Below, piece after piece: positions 1-12,506 of a stretch of DNA of 64,000 nucleotides. The DNA is from Epiperipatus broadwayi. Lineage: Eukaryota > Animalia > Onychophora. Under the pieces are notes generated by a model. It did no database searches. It was not told the DNA's origin and saw only the letters and a list, made by a program, of their open reading frames with translations. How positions within the stretch are numbered: the stretch's first letter is position 1; each line of letters begins with the position of its first letter. The DNA lies in contig JAQFVV010000003.1 in the NCBI GenBank assembly GCA_028023455.1, positions 4,154,001 through 4,218,000 on the forward strand, in the 5' to 3' direction. Both the position numbers and the translations under genes were made by a program.

Positions 1-1390
1 TTGAAACTTTTTCGTCACAGAGAATTGTCTGATTTATATTATAACTTAGTTTTGTTTCAGAATTATATTGATACATCTGTTTCATAACCAGAGATAAAAC
101 AGCCCAAAACATTATATTGCCTCTCCAAATCATCTTAGCAAACTTTAACTCAGCTTTTGTTTATTGATGAATTGGGGGGGGGGGGGCATTTTAGCACGTT
201 TCTCATGCCAAGATTTTCAGTTAAGATTTTTTTGTTTCTGTATCGATGTTTACTTTGTCTGCTATACTTCTCTCTGTCAGCTTATTATTTTGGCTCATAA
301 TTTGATAAATTTTTACAAGGTTTTTGTCAATTTGATTGTTACTATCCTCATGTGCCTTCTTTAGTGACAGTTTTTTTTTTTAAAAAAATGTATAATCCAT
401 TTGTATACTCTAATTTTCTTCATAATGTTAGTCTTATAAATGTGGACTAAATCTTGCCAAATTTAACAAGAAATTTAATGTTTGTTCATTGCTCTAATTC
501 AAGTTGTAATATTCTCATGATGGCACACAAAACATATATAATAACAATAAAAAATGCTCAGCAAGACACCTCTACTTATCGATACAAGCAAATACCAAGA
601 TTATGAAATTTTACGAAGTTGTTTGCACGGTGCTGCAAGTGCACAATGGCAGATTTGCACACTTAATTTTCTCGGCTCTCATAGGAATGTGTCATTAACT
701 AATCTGTTGCTTTTATTGCAGAATATGAATGATTAAAAAAAAAAACTAAAAATTATTTTTCATTTTAAGTTTTGTGCAATATAAACAATGAAATAATATT
801 TATATTTAAATCACTGTAAAAACAAAATTTTATGAAGACCTAGAATATATCTATACAAGTTTGCAGTAATATAGAAAAAGTATTTATATAGAATTATTTA
901 AATAGTATTTTCTGTTAACATTGTGCTGCTTATGCGTCTTAATTCATGAAGACATGCCATTCAAAAGTATCTTCTTAAATAACTTGACATCTTGAAGTTT
1001 GTTTTTTCATTCTTTAGTCAGTTTAATGTACAATCACAGTATTTAGAGCTGTATTAAAAAAATTTATTAAGTTTTTTTTTTTTTTATTAGTAAAATACAA
1101 ATATATTATAAAATGTATCTAGAATATATCTAGCTTGTTACTGAAAACATTTAATTCAGTTATAAGTTTTGCTAGCCATACATGTTTTTTAAAACAAAAT
1201 TTACTTCAGATTTCATTTATATACACATAATTTATATAGGCATGTATGTATATTTTATGACTGAATTTTCATTGTTATTCTTATTGTTATTGATTAGTAG
1301 CAGTTAATATCAAGAAATAAAAGATCACATGTAAGTCTTCAGTATTATTAGTTAATAGCAGATTTTTTTTTTTATGTATAATAAATGCAG

Positions 1391-1430
1391 ATTATTCACT
1401 GAATCTCAACTATTTGTGGTAAACATTCAG
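1391..1430 (+). CDS. Possible 40-nt exon (LFTESQLFVVNIQ)
   Basis: T-tract plus GCAG acceptor, CAG|GTATGC donor, one open frame. The phase 0 end does not join the 22960 exon directly, so linkage is unproven. Confidence 0.3.
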
Positions 1431-2899
1431 GTATGCCTAATTAATAATTATGATGTAAATACATTTAAACAGATATTTTAACGATATAATATGAAAATAA
1501 AAAGTAAAAATGCTTATCAAATGTATTTAAAAAAATTTTAGATATAAATTTTTATAAAATTTTTGCAATATCTGAACATTTTAGATAGCTAAATAACTGT
1601 GCTAGCCTTTTCCCCCCTTCCCACATTCTTCAGTTAATGATTTACTTCCGATTTATGCAAAGTGGGAGTATCTATTCCTTTATTGACAAGTGAAATTTAT
1701 TAAACACAAAATAATATATTCATTTGTGGAAGATATGCTTTAATACTGTACAGCAACAATAAGTTGTTTTTTTAAAAATAGAATCTCGATATCTGCTATA
1801 TTTTGTACATCTTACATCACATATAATAGCTCTTGTTTTGTTGATAAACTTTGATTAGAATAGAACACATATTGCTTAAGGAACTGCTTGCATACAATCT
1901 TTTTCAACATACCGTTATATATAACAGACACTTATATATAGTATACTCATAAAAATTGTAATATAAACACTTTTTTTAGAAATAATGTTATTAATTATAA
2001 ATTGAGGGGACATATTTACTTATATTTTACTGAATGTATATTCACTCATTTGTTCATTGAAAAAATAATATGAAAAAAAAACCTTACTCTAACTGTATTT
2101 TTACTTTTTAAAGTGAAATGTCTGACTTTTATCACAATTAAATTAGCTCAGGGCAATATTCTTTTTTTTTTTTTGTTCAGTAACTTTTTTCTCATACAGA
2201 ATCTAATAGTAGCCTCATTATTGAAAATTATTATGGCTAATTGTTTTGATGTTTTAAAGTCAATATCAACTTTGAGTATGTTAAAATTTTGTAAAACTTT
2301 TCGCATTATGCTTAGAAAATAGAGTAGGTGAACTACTGAACAGCAAATTTGGAAAGGATAATAAAGGAAGAATAAAATGTATGTCCATCCAATATGAGCC
2401 TAAGAAAATTTATTAATATGTTGTTATGTACTGTATTCCAAAATGGAAAAGTAGTTGCTGGCATATTATAAAATTTATTTACAAATTTTACATTTTGAAA
2501 CATGATAATATATAATACTTAGATGGAAAAATGACTGCTCAAGTATTATAAATTATTAAATTGATGAATTTCAATGTTTTTTTTTTGTTTGTCTATTTAC
2601 ATTTACACTTGTTTATATATTTTTTTGGATTGTGTATAATTGAAGTCATATATGGATGCAGCATAAACACGGCTTCAATATATATTTTGGCAATAAAGTT
2701 TTCTTATAAAACTGTTATTCAAGATAATGTGCTTTTAATACCTTATGGTGGTAATTCTTTTAATTTTTTAAAATTAGTATAACAAAAATTAAAAATTTAT
2801 GCTTGTATTAATTAAAATGTAATCTTAAATGGCTCAAATTTTCAAAAATAGGTTAACAGTTATGAAAAATCATTTTTAAATGATGCATCTGTTTTCAAA

Positions 2900-3150
2900 T
2901 GAAACTCAGGAGCATACACTTTATAACAAAACTTGTTTAACAGACACTGGATTATATATCCATGAAATAGGATGCCTTATGCAATTTAGCACAATAATAG
3001 TGACATGTTCAGGAGCCAAAGGTTCATTGTTGAAAGCTTAATCTTTCGCTTCTGATACTTGTAGCACATCTTTCCAAATAGGATTTTTATACTTGAGTCT
3101 ATTGATGTAAAATTTAACTTCTTATACAATGGAGCTGCCATACTTATTTA
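2900..3150 (-). pseudogene. Possible hAT transposase C-terminal remnant
   Basis: Minus strand gives APLYKKLNF and CATSIRSERLSF, resembling LDPRFKKL and PATSVPSERLFS; heavily decayed. Confidence 0.3.
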
Positions 3151-3189
3151 TTAAGATAATAAAAATAATTAATAAAATGGAATACTGTA

Positions 3190-3552
3190 GTACCATGGTA
3201 CCTGCAGACCATTTTATGTGTGCTCACCGCTATCCTAACACGATAAAAAATTATTTAGCTGGTACAAATAAATTTAATTTTTAATTTTTTTTATAAATTA
3301 TTGTATTATATTGTAATCAAATTGTAGAGCATACTATACTTTTACAGCGTAAAAATATAAACGTTAATTATATGTTAAAATTTTATTTTTGAAATAAATA
3401 TTTTTTTTACATTATGTGTATTATTAACAATATCCAACTATAAATTTACATTGAAAAAATAAATGGTACCTGCCACCTGGTTGAAAAAATAAACGGTGCC
3501 CGCCACTTGGCCGGTATTATAGAATATAAGTGCAAAAAGGTTGGGACCCCTG
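3190..3552. mobile_element. Charlie-type hAT non-autonomous end fragment
   Basis: Ends in AAAAAGGTTGGGACCCCTG, typical of Charlie-type termini. Has repeated GGTACC motifs and a 30-bp tandem duplication (3451-3510). No left TIR found. Confidence 0.4.
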
Positions 3553-5019
3553 ATATATATAGATGTGTTTATTTATTAAGATATAAACAAAACAAAACAA
3601 TAATAAAAAAAAAGCATTTACAATGGACAAAAGGTACATTATTTGAAACTAATAAAAACAAATTTAATGTTAGTGATATTAAAAAATATGCAATAAATAC
3701 ATTAGAGAAAAAGAAAGTTTTTTTGTTTCTTGTTTGCTTTGAAAATTGATTTTGATAAATTGTAAATTCTCTCTTTAATTTTAATCATATTTCAAATAGA
3801 AAGTCGACACAATAATGCATAATGATTTCAGTGTGAAGAGAAAATTTCTAAAATTTATTTTTATCATTTTTTTTTTTTTTGCATAGCAGCTAGGTGAATC
3901 TGTCCTTTTGAAACTAGTTCCACCCATTTTAAAAATAATTCATTAAGCACAATTAATTTATGCACAATTCTTTAGTTTTAGTAAAAGTTTAGCTATTATA
4001 ACAGTCAATATGCATTAAAATAATATATTTCACTTCTGTGCTGCAGCAAAAATGTGCATCTGATAGACTTAATTATTTTGCAAAGTTATGCATTTTAACT
4101 CTGATGATTGTTTTAAAAAGTATACTCTTGAAGAAAAATTGAAATCTTGTCCCAAATGTAGTCTATTTAAAACAATTTATTTGGTAAGGAATCATAGATT
4201 TTTATTGCAGTAATATTCATAAATATTGTGAAAATTGCAACTTCTCACATAGATTAATCTTTTTTTTATATATATATAGTTTTTAACAATGAATGTTCTA
4301 ATAATTTCTGTAATACTCATCTGATATCACTATGTTTTCTATATTAAGAGGCATTTAAACAATCAATTGTGGTATACCAAGCTACTGTTTATCCATCTTA
4401 TTAATTAATGCAGCATATTATAAATACTGTAATTATGTTTTTCATTTATCTTTGGGATCTCTAGAATCTGTGATTTTTTTTTTTTTACTTTTTTAGAATG
4501 TATTAATTTTTTTCGTATTGTATTAATAGTTTTATCTCTGAAGTCTGTATGAAGGTTTGCCAAGGGATTAGAGCCCTGATAATGATTTTTCTATTTATTA
4601 AATTGAGTTGATTTAATTAATGTAAATATAAATTAGCAGTTTACTCTCCCATTTTTATGTGCATATTTGTTATAACTTTCTTCATAAAATTATACCTATT
4701 ATTTCTAGAAACATTATTTCATCTTAATGATTGTAAATTGTTTGCTGTTTCTATTTTAACAATTGGTATGAGTTTGATTAAGAACAATACTCTAAATGTG
4801 TTCTAACTTTTTGTTGACATCAGCATACATTTTTTGTCTACATAACAATTAATTGTTTTTGTTTTTTTTTTTAAAAATCATTCTTTAAATAAAACTGCGT
4901 TTATCTTTTTTTAAAAAATTATAGTATTATTTATTTATATAAATTACTTGAAATAAAGTAATTGTGCTCAGAACATTTGTTAGTTTGGAACATGGGTTAA
5001 ATAAAGAATATATCAATAA

Positions 5020-5822
5020 CTTTACAGCAATTGTGGATTAAAATTGGAAACTAAAGGAATAAAAGTAAATAGAGATTATTTAAGTCATTTAGATTTTGCA
5101 GATGATGTAGTTGTTTTTACAAATAATGCTTCAGGAAATGTTGCAAAAGTTATCAGATGAAAGTAGGACTAGAGGTAAATGTTAAAAAGACTAAAGTAAT
5201 ATTCAATGGATTTTTTCAAAAGATCAAAATAAAGACTGATAATGGTGAATTAGAAGTTAACAATTACAAATGCCTTGGTCAAATTATCATTACAGATGGA
5301 AACATAATGGATGAAATTAATCATAGAATTAAACTTGGTTAGAATGCTTTTGGTAAAAATAACTTATTATTAAAAGGAAATATGCCTATGTGTTTGAAAA
5401 GGAAGGTTTTTAATAATGTCTTTTACCAGTCCTTACTCATTGATCTGAGACTTGAATACTTAATAGGTGAGCATCACTCAAAGCAGTATGAAGAGATGCA
5501 TGTTAGGAGTAACTAGTCAAGATCGAAAATGCTATACATGGATGGGTAAGAGAACAAACGTGTTATTGACATCATTGAAAGGATTAAAAGACTGAAGTGG
5601 AGTTGGGCTGGACATATTGCTAGAAGAGATTATAGATGGACAATTGAAATCTTAAATTGGATTCCAAGAGATTGTAAAAGACTCAGAAAGAGACCACATG
5701 TGAGATGCATGGATGAAATAAAAAGTGTGTAGAGGTGATGTGGAGAAGAGAGACTAGATATCGGAGATGGATTGAAATTGGAGAAATTTTCATCCTGCAG
5801 TGGATTGATAATATTTGATGAT
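5020..5822 (+). mobile_element. 5'-truncated decayed RTE-clade LINE (RT C-terminal part)
   Basis: HLDFADDVVVF, KVGLEVNVKKTKV and KWSWAGHIAR motifs with stops and frameshifts; ends in GGATTGATAAT..GATGAT like the other copies. Confidence 0.85.
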
Positions 5823-6594
5823 ATCACTAAAAATTTTTTTTTTACATATTTTAATTAAAAACTGTTTCTGAAGTTCACTGTATAAAATTTTAAATATATA
5901 TAAATCTTAAAATCATCAAAGTATCTCATGATCATCATTTTCTATGCTTGCACAAGCTGTTAATAATAATAGCAAACTCTCCTTACAGTAGTGTCATCCA
6001 GTGCAAACCTTATTAAAATGCAATCTTTCAATTATAGATGGATTCACTGGTACTAACAATTTGATTTTATATCCAGATAGATACATTTTTTTCTCATGTA
6101 TATATATAAATATTTCTGACATTTTCTTCTTCTTAAAAGTGCTGTTTGAATCATGCTTTATTATCTAGATAGCTAGAGTTAAGTTTTTAGAATATTAAAA
6201 CTTTGATTAGCTCATGTATTTGCATAAGTCAGAAATCATCACTGAAAATAGTTTTCTTTATGTAAGCATAGATGGCTTCATAGTTAAGCTTAATGAAAAT
6301 CTGCAGCTTCAAAAATGTGAATGACAGTATAGGGGTTATTAAGTAGGATATCTTAAAAAAGAAATTGTAAAGAAAGTAGATTAGATTGAAATTGGGTAAG
6401 GAGAAATGTAATGCTGTAATAGATTTAGCTACTGGAAATGGGTAAGCTGTAAAAGAGTGGAATGAGAATATTTGGATATGATTATATAGGAATATAAATT
6501 TAGAAAAAGTAATTACAAAATATTGATTGAGGTGATATGAATGATCATGTTGATGAAATTAATGAATTGGAGAATATGAGTAGAGCAATTATTA

Positions 6595-6870
6595 AAGATG
6601 TGTGGTATAGATAGATTGAAATTGGCAATTAAAGTAAAGTATATGATGGTTTACATAGTTAGGCAGAATCTGAAATATATTGCTAACTATATATTGGTAG
6701 GTAAAGAAAAATTAGAAAAGTTAAAAAGTGTTTAATAAGATGTGTGGTATAGATAGATTGAAATTGGCAATTAAAGTAAAGTATATGATGGTTTACATAG
6801 TTAGGCAGAATCTGAAATATATTGCTAACTATATATTGGTAGGTAAAGAAAAATTAGAAAAGTTAAAAAG
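6595..6870 (+). repeat. Near-perfect 142-bp tandem duplication
   Basis: AAGATGTGTGG...TTAAAAAG starts at 6595 and again at 6737; no substitutions seen. Confidence 0.9.
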
Positions 6871-8319
6871 TAAAAGTGTTTAATAAGAAAAAAGAATGAA
6901 ATAGTGATCATAATTTTAAATTTGATAGAATTAGATATCTGAAAGATTAAATAATGAAATTTATAGAAAGTTAGGCAGAGATAAATAGAAAAGAATCAAT
7001 GAGGTTGAATAGGTTTAATTGTACTTTGGAGGCAATTATGAAAGATGATAAGTTTTAAAAACTATGAAGAATAATGGATTTCATGAAGTTAAGAGAAAAT
7101 GTAGGAAAAACTTTTAGAAAATATAAAAGAAGGCGTGTAAAGATTATGAATAGGCTGCAAAGAAGCAAATGATTGAAGAATAGGAAAAGGTTAAATGATT
7201 TAGGTACTTAAAGAGAAAAAGATAGCTAAAATAAGGGTGAATTTCAGTTAAGGGAGAAAAAGTAAGAATAATAAAAAGGGTTGTGAAAACTTTTGGAGAT
7301 ATATGAAGAAGAGTAAGAAAGCAAGAGATATATTATTACATACAGAGGAAAAGAGTATGAGATTAGGGAAGAATTTGAAATAAAAAAATTAATGAATTTT
7401 GAAGAAAAACATTAGGTAAAGGAGTGTTTATTAATGAATATGATTCATTAATTTAATTTATGAGAAAATAGAGGGAGAATATAGAATTAAATAGAGCACT
7501 AGGTAGATTGAAAAACAAAACAGGAGGATTAGACACTATGGTAGCTGTAATTATAGTAGGTATGGGAAAATATGCAAAGAATTTTACCCAATTTTTAAAA
7601 TATAGTTAATAATAGGTTTCCAAAAATGGAAGCTGTTTGAGCATTAGATTATTATAAAAGAAAGGGAAAAGATTTTAGATTGCTAACTAGCTTTAAAATA
7701 GTAACAACTTCCATATTATGTAAAATATTTATTTACATAATATGGGATAAATTTAGGATTTGAATGAAAGAAATTTTGTCAAGAGATTCATAACGGATTT
7801 TGTTGAGGAAGAAGGATAGGGAATAATTTATTGAATATTAGTTGATTGAAATATCTTACATGGAAAATAAACTATTAATTACTGTATTTTCGGATAATTG
7901 AGGAAAAGGGTTTGAAAATATGTATTGAAGAATTAGCAAGGATATTTTTCATAAGGACCAATTAAATAGATACAGAGTTGCATGTGAAATTGGATTTAAA
8001 AAGAGATATCATCATCTTTGTTATTTATTATGTTTTTAAGAATTGAATGTTGAGATAGAAAGATTAAGGGTGAGGATTCATGCAATTGGTATCAAGGAAA
8101 TAGATGCTATTTTTTTTTCTGATGATGTAGATGATAAAGTGTGGATAGGCAGAAAGAAGTACAAAAATGAAATTCCTGCTGAAAAATTTAAGTCTAATAT
8201 TTAATGAAAATAGTAAAACTGAAAGATAAGAGATTGAGTAGAGAATAGAAATTTAGATAATTTAAAAAAGAAATTATACAGATAGTTCAGGAGAAAAAGC
8301 AAAAAATTAGAATAGGATT

Positions 8320-8721
8320 AATTGTAATACATTAAAGATCAGCCTTTCAAGCTATTGTGCATGCACTTTTTACGGGTGTTGATAATAAATGAATACTTTC
8401 ACTCCCAACACAAGATATAGTGTTTATGAAAGAATAAAATGAATCCACCTATTCTTTCCAACCCAAATGCTTATATATGGGCAAATCTTAAGTACTGGAA
8501 ATGAAAGTGTGAGGATAAGACCACTCACTTTAAATTACTGTTTACAATGTCTGAATGAATGACGTCAACAAAATTATCTAGAATTTACTAAATGTCACTC
8601 TCAAATGAAACTTAAACATATGTAAATAAGCATTTATTTTTATATAGCGCAATGTTTATAAATTGTAATACATTGAAGATCAGCCTTTCAAGCTATTGTG
8701 CATGCGCTTTTTACGAGTGTT
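8320..8721 (+). repeat. 61-bp direct repeats with 341-bp period
   Basis: 8320-8380 and 8661-8721, three mismatches. Confidence 0.85.
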
Positions 8722-9929
8722 AAAATCTGGCATGTTTCTTAATAGATATGAGAGATGTAGAATAATTTGGGAAGAAGTTATGATATCTCTTTTAATATTT
8801 GGAAATGATGCATTTTGTATTGGCTAAGATATTAATTTTTAGATAGAACACAAAAAGTAGTAGGTATGAATCATTTATGATCAGCAAATGAGGCTGGCTA
8901 TTCAAGGTAAAATGGGACTTTTTTTTTTATGAAGGAAATAGGAAGTAAATTAAAAATGTTTTGAAGGTTTCAATGTATAAATGAAAATTAATGGAAATAG
9001 ATTTCTTATTGGATTATGTGGATAGTACAAAAATATGTTGGGCAAGACAAGGTTGTACAATGTGCAAATTGAATAAATAGCCCATTTATTTTCCTATATT
9101 AAAAATAGAATGTGTATAGAATGTATTACAGTTATGTAATTATGAGTTTTCAAAAATTGTAGTCTCATTCTAATCCAATGGAAATAGCATATTCAATTTT
9201 TCATCTAAATAACAGGAAATCATCGTGTACTTTGAATATAATAATAATAAGACTAAAACAGAATTGTACTCCATATTATTTAGGGATAACTGGATTGTAG
9301 CATGACTTCTTTTCCTCATTTATCTAAGGTTAGTTCAAAATTAATTTCTAGGAATTATCTTTGAAAGCTGACTAATAGTATTTTGGGTTGTGGTACCAGT
9401 ACTTCATGAATAGCTTTCTTAGCATTTAGCATATTGTGGCCCTACTCAGTTACATATTCCTGATAAATATTGACACACCTACTTTTTTGAAGTGGTTTCT
9501 GTTCTTTCACGAGATATGAAAAATTGCCTCAGAAAATTATGAAAAGCTGTTAAGCAGATAGGACTTCCCAATAACTCAAGATATAGTTTCACAACCTAAG
9601 ACTTGATTCAAATCAAGAGCCTCTTTTTGATTGTTCAACAGGACAATCGAAGGATTATAGCATAAAAAATGGATTTTTTATGAGGTTTCATTTTTTTTTT
9701 TCATATCCAACATTAAAGGCATTAGGATTTGATTTTTGTAGAATCAACTGGAGTTCCAACAACAGATTCTGACAATCCATCTGTTTTATAAATAAAATTT
9801 ATACCAGCCATTGATCTGTGAAGTGTAAGCAAGTACAAACTATGAACAATGTAGTTATGATTGCCAAATCTGTGGCTGTAGTATTAGAATTGAAGAGCTT
9901 ACTAAAATCACTGGTGAGTTTATTTCCTG

Positions 9930-11400
9930 ATTGGAATCTCTACTACAAATTATTTGGATAATAGTTAATGGGTTTAGCTATTTGAAAAACAATCCATGAG
10001 TTAAATAAATAAAAATTATAAGGGTTGGGGAAATAGGATAGATAAGTTGATTAAAGTTAAATAATTTTGGAAAATGAATAAGGATTGTGAAATCATCAAC
10101 AGTTTTTATTTAAAATATGATAAAGAAAAAATAATGAATTGTTGCTACAGAAGTAAAGAAATAGCTGAATTTTTGTGGTATACAAGATTTTGAAAAAAGA
10201 GAATGTTTAACTTTGCTAATAAGGTTTTTGGTCCATATAGCCTAAGCTATTTTACAGATTATTGAGTAGCATAGGATGAAAAATTATGAGTTTATAATGG
10301 TATAAAAATGTTTCAATGGGAGAGTTCTTGTATTAACAGTGTCTAGGACATATGCCCTGGATGCAAAAACTATTTAAGAAGCTATTTTACATTTATTCTG
10401 CCTAAGAACAGTATACTGTTATGTATTTTTTTTGGAAAAAGGGATACCTTCAAGGGATATTCTAAAAAAATATTTTCTATATGTAGTTAGAAATGTTTGT
10501 GATCAAACTATTTTTTAACTTGATACATAAATGTTTTTAAAAACACTCAAAAATCAAAATGTTTTGTTAGTTTTGGGAAAGTGATTGGAAAGTTTCTCAA
10601 ATGTTATTGGAAATTTATGATAGATAACATTTTTCAGTAATATTTTAAAGTTGTTTTACTTGTAACAATCATTTCTAAATTGTTTTGTTTTAATATTTAT
10701 ATGATTTTCTAAATGAATATTTGTTTCTAAATGAGAAATATATTGCAGTACTTTATAAGTAGAGAATATGAATTTAAAAACAAAATTTTAATTGAAAAAC
10801 TTAGTGCTAAGTTTAGGAGAGAAAATAAATGCTATTAATATTAAAGCAATGAAGTTGTTAGAGAGAATAAAAGATTTAAAGTTAAGTGATATTTGGATAA
10901 GAACTTAACATATAGGATTGTAGTACTAAATTGGTATTTTTTTTCTTTAATTGTAACTTTATATGAACATGACAGTTAAAAAAAACCCAAACAATTGGAG
11001 ACTCTAAAGTGGAGAAATTAAGTTGGAAGGGGTAAAAAATTGTATTTAAAAGAATAAATGCAAAAAGATTATATATTGCAGAAGTAAATGAAACAATTGA
11101 TTTTCATACTTACACTTATAGGAATTTGAAATATATTGCAGCTATTGAAATTATAGGAAAAACATAGAAAAATAAGTTGTTAGATGATTGGAGATTGTTG
11201 GTAATATATAAAACTGAAATAGAACTGTGTTGGACATATTTTTATTAGCTGTGAACTTGTCTAAAAGCAGATTGGATTAACTAAATAAAAATTACAGTTT
11301 AACTATGTTATCTGTGCTATTTGTTTCTAATCCTGTTTGTGTAGACTGAAAATGTAAATGCTATATGACTTCATAATTTTAACTCCTCTTATAATATGCA
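9930..11400 (+). mobile_element. Highly decayed retroelement-like tract
   Basis: Purine-skewed, pseudo-coding composition only; no diagnostic motif resolved. Confidence 0.25.
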
Positions 11401-12506
11401 ATATGATCACAAAAATATAGGTTGAATATCATTATTTTGAAACCATTGATTCTTGACTCTTTTTGAATTGGAAAAAAAATTGAATTAAATCATGCAAATA
11501 ATTATAAAAATGGGTTCTATAGTAAAAAAAGATAACTTATTGCACAAATTCAAAATATACCATAAACTTTGAATATCTTGAAAAATTAAGAATAGATGAC
11601 AATTAATAAATGGTTTAGTTAGCAAATTATTAATCAAAATTATTAATCTGTGAGTAAATATTTTAAGCATGAGTTTTTTTATAAATAAATACATTATGGT
11701 TGTACCTTTTTTATTGATAATTTAAAAAATTTTTCTGAATGTGGTAGTTGTATTAGTGATAATAACATCGAGATGGTAACATCCCATGCAAATGCAATTA
11801 ATTAAAACAAAAGTTAAAAAATAAAAGAATTTTAAGCCAACATAATGTAAATTTTTTATATTTTTTTTGCCCACTTATCTAAACTTGGTCTACCAAATAA
11901 TAAACACATTTACATAATATAATTTAAAAAAAAAATGCATTTTAGCAAATATATATTTTCTAATTTTTTTTAGGGTTCTCATTTTACATATCAGGTTTTT
12001 TTTTTTTTTACTTAATGATGAAAGTAGTTTTGGGGGGGGGGGGTAAGAATATTAATCTATAGCAATTATACAATTTTATTATTACAAAGATTTTAGATAA
12101 AAATTACATACATAAATCACATTTTATTTTGAAATATATGCACCTCAACATTTATTTTTTTGTGGAATTTATTATTGTATGAGATCAAAGTACTCATATT
12201 TATTAAGGGAGGATTGCAATTTTAATACAGTTTCTATTTATTGCTTTAAAACAATTTTAGTGATCATTTGTGAAACGACAAGTTGAAATGAAAGATGCGA
12301 AGAAAGGTCATAGATTCATATGTTAATATTGAATAAATTTTTATAGTGAAGCAATATTGGTTGAAATTGATAGCTTCCTGTAAATGGATTTATATATATA
12401 AACATATATTTTTTATGTTTCATCTTATAAAGAAGAAAGAAACCACTTCATTATGCAGGTAAACAAATGTTTACAAATACAGGTGAAGGAAAAAAATCAA
12501 TATATA

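Larger units (their letters stand above)
6330..9230 (+). mobile_element. Highly decayed non-LTR retrotransposon
   Basis: Long purine-skewed tract, an LFSDD-like RT core at about 8110-8130 and a C-x2-C remnant at about 9055; no open frames. Confidence 0.45.
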
